The notes under the pieces: generated by a model
What the model was told of the DNA's origin: nothing
Databases searched by the model: none
Seen by the model: the letters and a program-made list of their open reading frames with translations, nothing else
Shown: piece by piece, positions 31,075 through 34,742 of the stretch
How the letters are laid out: each line of letters opens with the position of its first letter
Position numbering within the stretch: the stretch's first letter is position 1
NCBI GenBank assembly: GCA_026025795.1
Contig: JAPEUG010000167.1
Coordinates: 1-34,742 of the forward strand
Length of the DNA: 34,742 bases
Direction of reading: 5' to 3'
Source of the DNA: Thelocarpon superellum
Taxonomy: Eukaryota
Translations under genes and position numbers: made by a program

Positions 31075-33061
31075 ATGCGCGGCCTGATAGCAAAGAGAAA
31101 ACCCTTATTCTTCCTGACTTGCTCCACGCGGCAGGTTCTTCTACGCTTCAACGCCCTTCCATTTCACCCGGCTCGACCGACGACGCGTGCAATTGCAGGG
31201 CATTCCCGACCTCTCCTCACCACACGCCCGCCCGCCATGCCCAGCAACGGAGCTACAGGCAAGCGCAAGGCCGCTGCCGCGCCATTCGCCGCCAGCAAGA
31301 AGAAGGCGACCGAGAAGAATGGGGCCCCTACACCGGTCGATCAGAATGACCCGGAGGAGTACGCCGTCATTCAGCGCGCCTTCTATCCGCCCGAGATGAC
31401 CAACGAGCGCGCGATTCGGTACAAAGAAGGGAGTCTCACGAGACCTATCGAAGAGCTGAGCGCGGCCGAGAAGGAGACGAAGCAGCAGCGGGAGGCCGTC
31501 CCGGTGAAGGACGCCGTCGTTCATTGGTTCAAGTGGGACCTACGTCTGCAGGATAACAAGGCCCTGCACGTGGCGGCGAAGAAAGCCAAGGAGGCCGGAG
31601 TGCCCTTGATCGCGCTGTACATCGTGTCGCCGCAAGACTTCGAAGCCCATCTCACCGCGCCGGTGCGGGTCGACTTCGCCCTCCGCTCGCTCGAGATCCT
31701 CCGCGCCGACCTGGCCAAACTGGACGTGCCCCTCCACTGCGAGACCGTGGCCAAGCGCAAAGCGGTGCCGGCGCGGATCGTGGCGCTGGCGGAGGAGTGG
31801 GGGGCGAGCCATATTTACGCCAACGTGGAGTACGAGGTGGACGAGCTTCGTCGGGAGGCCGCCCTTACGCGCTTGTGTCTAGAGAAGGGCATCGCCTTCC
31901 AGGCCCTGCCCGACACCTGTGTCGTGGACCCGGGCGAATTGAGCTCGCAGCAAGGAAACCAATATGCCGTCTACACCCCGTGGTTTCGGGCGTGGGTGGC
32001 CTTTTTACATAAGCATCCCACTTGGCTCGATCTCTACGAGCCCCCGGCAAAGAACGCGGCGTCCGCACGCGAGAAGTTCAGTCATCTGTTTGCGTCCAAG
32101 GTGCCCGAGGCACCCGAGGGCCACCAGCTCAGCAACGAGGAGACGAAGCGTTTCCACTCGCTGTGGCCGGCGGGAGAACACGAGGCTCACACTCGCCTGG
32201 CCAAGTTCCTCAAGGAGCGCGCGGGCAAATACAAGGACGCGAGAAATCTGCCGGCCGTGGCCGGCACCGCCGTGCTCAGCCCGCACTTCGCCACCGGCAC
32301 CTTGTCGGCTCGCACCGCCATCCGACGGGCGAGAGACGGCAACAGTCACAAGCTCGATGGCGGCAGCGCCGGCTTCATCACCTGGATCTCAGAAGTGGCA
32401 TGGCGCGACTTTTACAAACACGTCTTGGCCCACTGGCCCTACGTCTGGTGAGCACCCCGCTGCCCGAGCTGGAAAGGAAGGTCTGCTCATCTCGTCACCT
32501 CGGTCGGATAGCATGTCGAAGCCCTTCAAGCCCGAGTACAGCAGCATCGAGTGGGAGTACAACATGGAGCACTTCCGCGCCTGGTGCGAGGGCAAGACGG
32601 GCTTCCCCATCGTCGATGCGGCCATGCGCCAGCTCAATCACATGGGGTGGATGCACAATCGGTGCCGGATGATCGTCGCCTCGTTCCTGGCCAAAGACCT
32701 GCTCCTCGACTGGCGCATGGGCGAGCGGTACTTCATGGAGCATCTCATCGACGGCGATTTCGCCTCGAACAACGGCGGCTGGGGATTCTCGGCCTCGACC
32801 GGGGTGGACCCCCAGCCCTACTTCCGCATCTTCAACCCGCTACTGCAAAGCGAGAAGTTTGATCCGGATGGCGAATACATTCGCAAGTGGGTGCCGGAGC
32901 TGAAGGACGTCAAGGGCAAGGCCATCCACGATCCTTACGGGCGAGGGGCGTCGTCGACGGCCAAGAAGACCGCATATCCCATGCCCATCGTCGACCACAA
33001 GGCGTGTCGCGATCGCGCGTTGGCGCGCTACAAGGAGGGGATCGGTCGCACGACGGCATAG
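31075..33061 (+). CDS. PHR1: Class I CPD DNA photolyase. Exons 31075 (or 31237)-32447, 32512-33061
   Basis: RAFYPPEMTNER, VVHWFKWDLRLQDN, YAVYTPW, WISEVAWRDFY, AWCEGKTGFPIVDAAMRQL, GWMHNRCRMIVASFL, DGDFASNNGGWG, PQPYFRIFNP, KFDPDGEYIRKWVPEL. Intron 32448-32511 gives WPYVCMSKPFK. Confidence 0.96.
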
Positions 33062-34742
33062 GCCCATCACGGAATGCGAAGTGAAAGGAGCAGACGGCAG
33101 TGCCAAGGAGACCTTCGCAGCGGCATTCGCCCGAATGGAACATTTGGTGTACCATCTCCCGGTATACCATTGTCGTTATTCTCGATAGCCGTAGTTGGCT
33201 CTATAGATGAAGCACGCCGAAGATCGATGTCACAGGATCCCGATTGCCCGTGTTTAACGCAGATGTGGACGATGCTGAATCAGGACGCGACCGCAACTCG
33301 TACGAGGCTGCACAGCTGCCCCACCTGGACGAGACATCTCATCAGCATACGAGCGCTCGGGAAATTCGATGATGGACCCACCTTGCGGGCATATGCATAT
33401 GGTCGAGCCCGGCCCACATTCCTCCCACCAAAAGGTAGCTGTGGTACGTCGAGGTTCGAAGCTTCGGGTAGGGGCCCAACCGTCTAGCAGCCGTGTCCCG
33501 GGCAATGGGGCAAGATCAAGGGCGCCGAGAGGCAAGGTCACCACAACCTCTTTGCTCTTCGTCTGCTTCGTCGCACCGTGGACCTGGCTCTGCATATGGC
33601 CGTCGGAGAGCTACGCTCATCTCCTCTCATTCCCATTCCCATCCTCATCGTCAATCCCCGCCCTTGGGAAGCTTTGTCTACGCGAGCCTTGGCACTGCGG
33701 CGCCACAAGGCTTGGTATCGACTACGGAGGACTCCCGTCGAACTTGACTGACTAGGCCAAATGGTCAACAGGGGTGACAGGCTACTGAGGCGAGGAATTC
33801 CCGTATCATCTGGCGACCACGTTGGGCGCCTGGGGTTTCATGACCACTTCCTACTACACTTGCACGATTTCTTTCTCTAGTCCTTCGGATGGAGGCATCT
33901 CTCCACCTGAGACACGAGGGGGAGGCCCATGACGCGGCCTACCAGTGGGCTCCCACACCGCAACGCGCGGTGCATGGACCGGTCCCCTCAGCCAGCTCGA
34001 TTGCAAAACGGATCGGCTGACGGCACGACGCGGGAAATTGTAACTGACGATGACGGCGGGCGGCGAAATGGATTTTCTGGGTCTTTCTGGAAATTGTGCA
34101 ATCGCCGGGTGGCGGGTCTGCTCGCACACTTGTCTGCGTGAGAAAGTCTATGTGCCTCTAGTCGAGGACCGCTCATGTAAAAGATGCACAAGTCCGATAA
34201 ATGGTCACTTCGAGGGTGCTACTCGTCCTCTAGGTGACTCCTCGTCCTCCTCGTCAAAGACGTTCCACCTGTAGTGTGCGCGGTCGCGACGTAAGAGGCT
34301 GCCGTAGGCCCTGACAGCGTAATTGCGGTCTGAGTACCGACCCTTGCGTAGCCAAATCGACCGGTCCGCACACGATAAGCGCAGGTGTCGCAGGTTGCGA
34401 CCGGCTTGAACGGCATCGCATCACTGTGACAAGGAGGGCGGGATTGATGACGGATATCATCCCTCTGCATGATTCAGTGCGCTTGTCACGGCCAGTCACC
34501 TCGTTCCTCTGTCGCGGGGCCTTCAATAATAATCACTCGTCTACGACGACTCGACCTACCGCGAGCGATCATTCCCCAGCCAGGTGCATGGCAGGGGGCG
34601 GAAAGGCTGCACCCCAAACATTGAGCCGTTCGTTGTTCCGACCGCCCAATGCTCATGCCCGTCACGCGGATCCGTACCGGATCCGAGGGGACGCGTACTC
34701 GGACGTCCCAGGAGCATAGGAGAAGGACAGGTAAGCGGGACT

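Noticed and set aside
33062..34742. Gene or ncRNA in the final 1.7 kb
   Set aside because: Only short unconvincing ORFs, with no tRNA, snRNA or telomerase-template motif recognised. It may be regulatory DNA for a gene beyond the window.

Overview
GC-rich, gene-dense eukaryotic DNA from a filamentous ascomycete (Pezizomycotina-like proteins; short GT-AG introns, mostly about 50-80 nt, with CTRAC branch sites). Gene order: HMG-CoA reductase (+, 5'-truncated); secreted His1 protein with an LPMO-like motif set (+); ERCC6L2/Rad26-like SNF2 ATPase (-), divergent from exosome subunit Rrp41/Ski6 (+); DOMON/cytochrome b561 membrane protein (+); BTB/POZ protein (+); IQGAP (-), divergent from IMP dehydrogenase (+), whose enlarged first intron hosts an snR54-like C/D snoRNA; NUDT19-like Nudix hydrolase (+); ribosomal protein S21 (+); DUF3431-like pseudogene (+); small Cys-rich secreted protein (-); class I CPD photolyase (+); then about 1.7 kb with no gene I can support. 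The most interesting items are the candidate unclassified histidine-brace (LPMO-like) protein, the intronic snoRNA with a variant guide, the pseudogene with RIP-like stops, and a probable two-start, dual-targeted photolyase. All calls come from reading the sequence and recalling family motifs. No database search was run.
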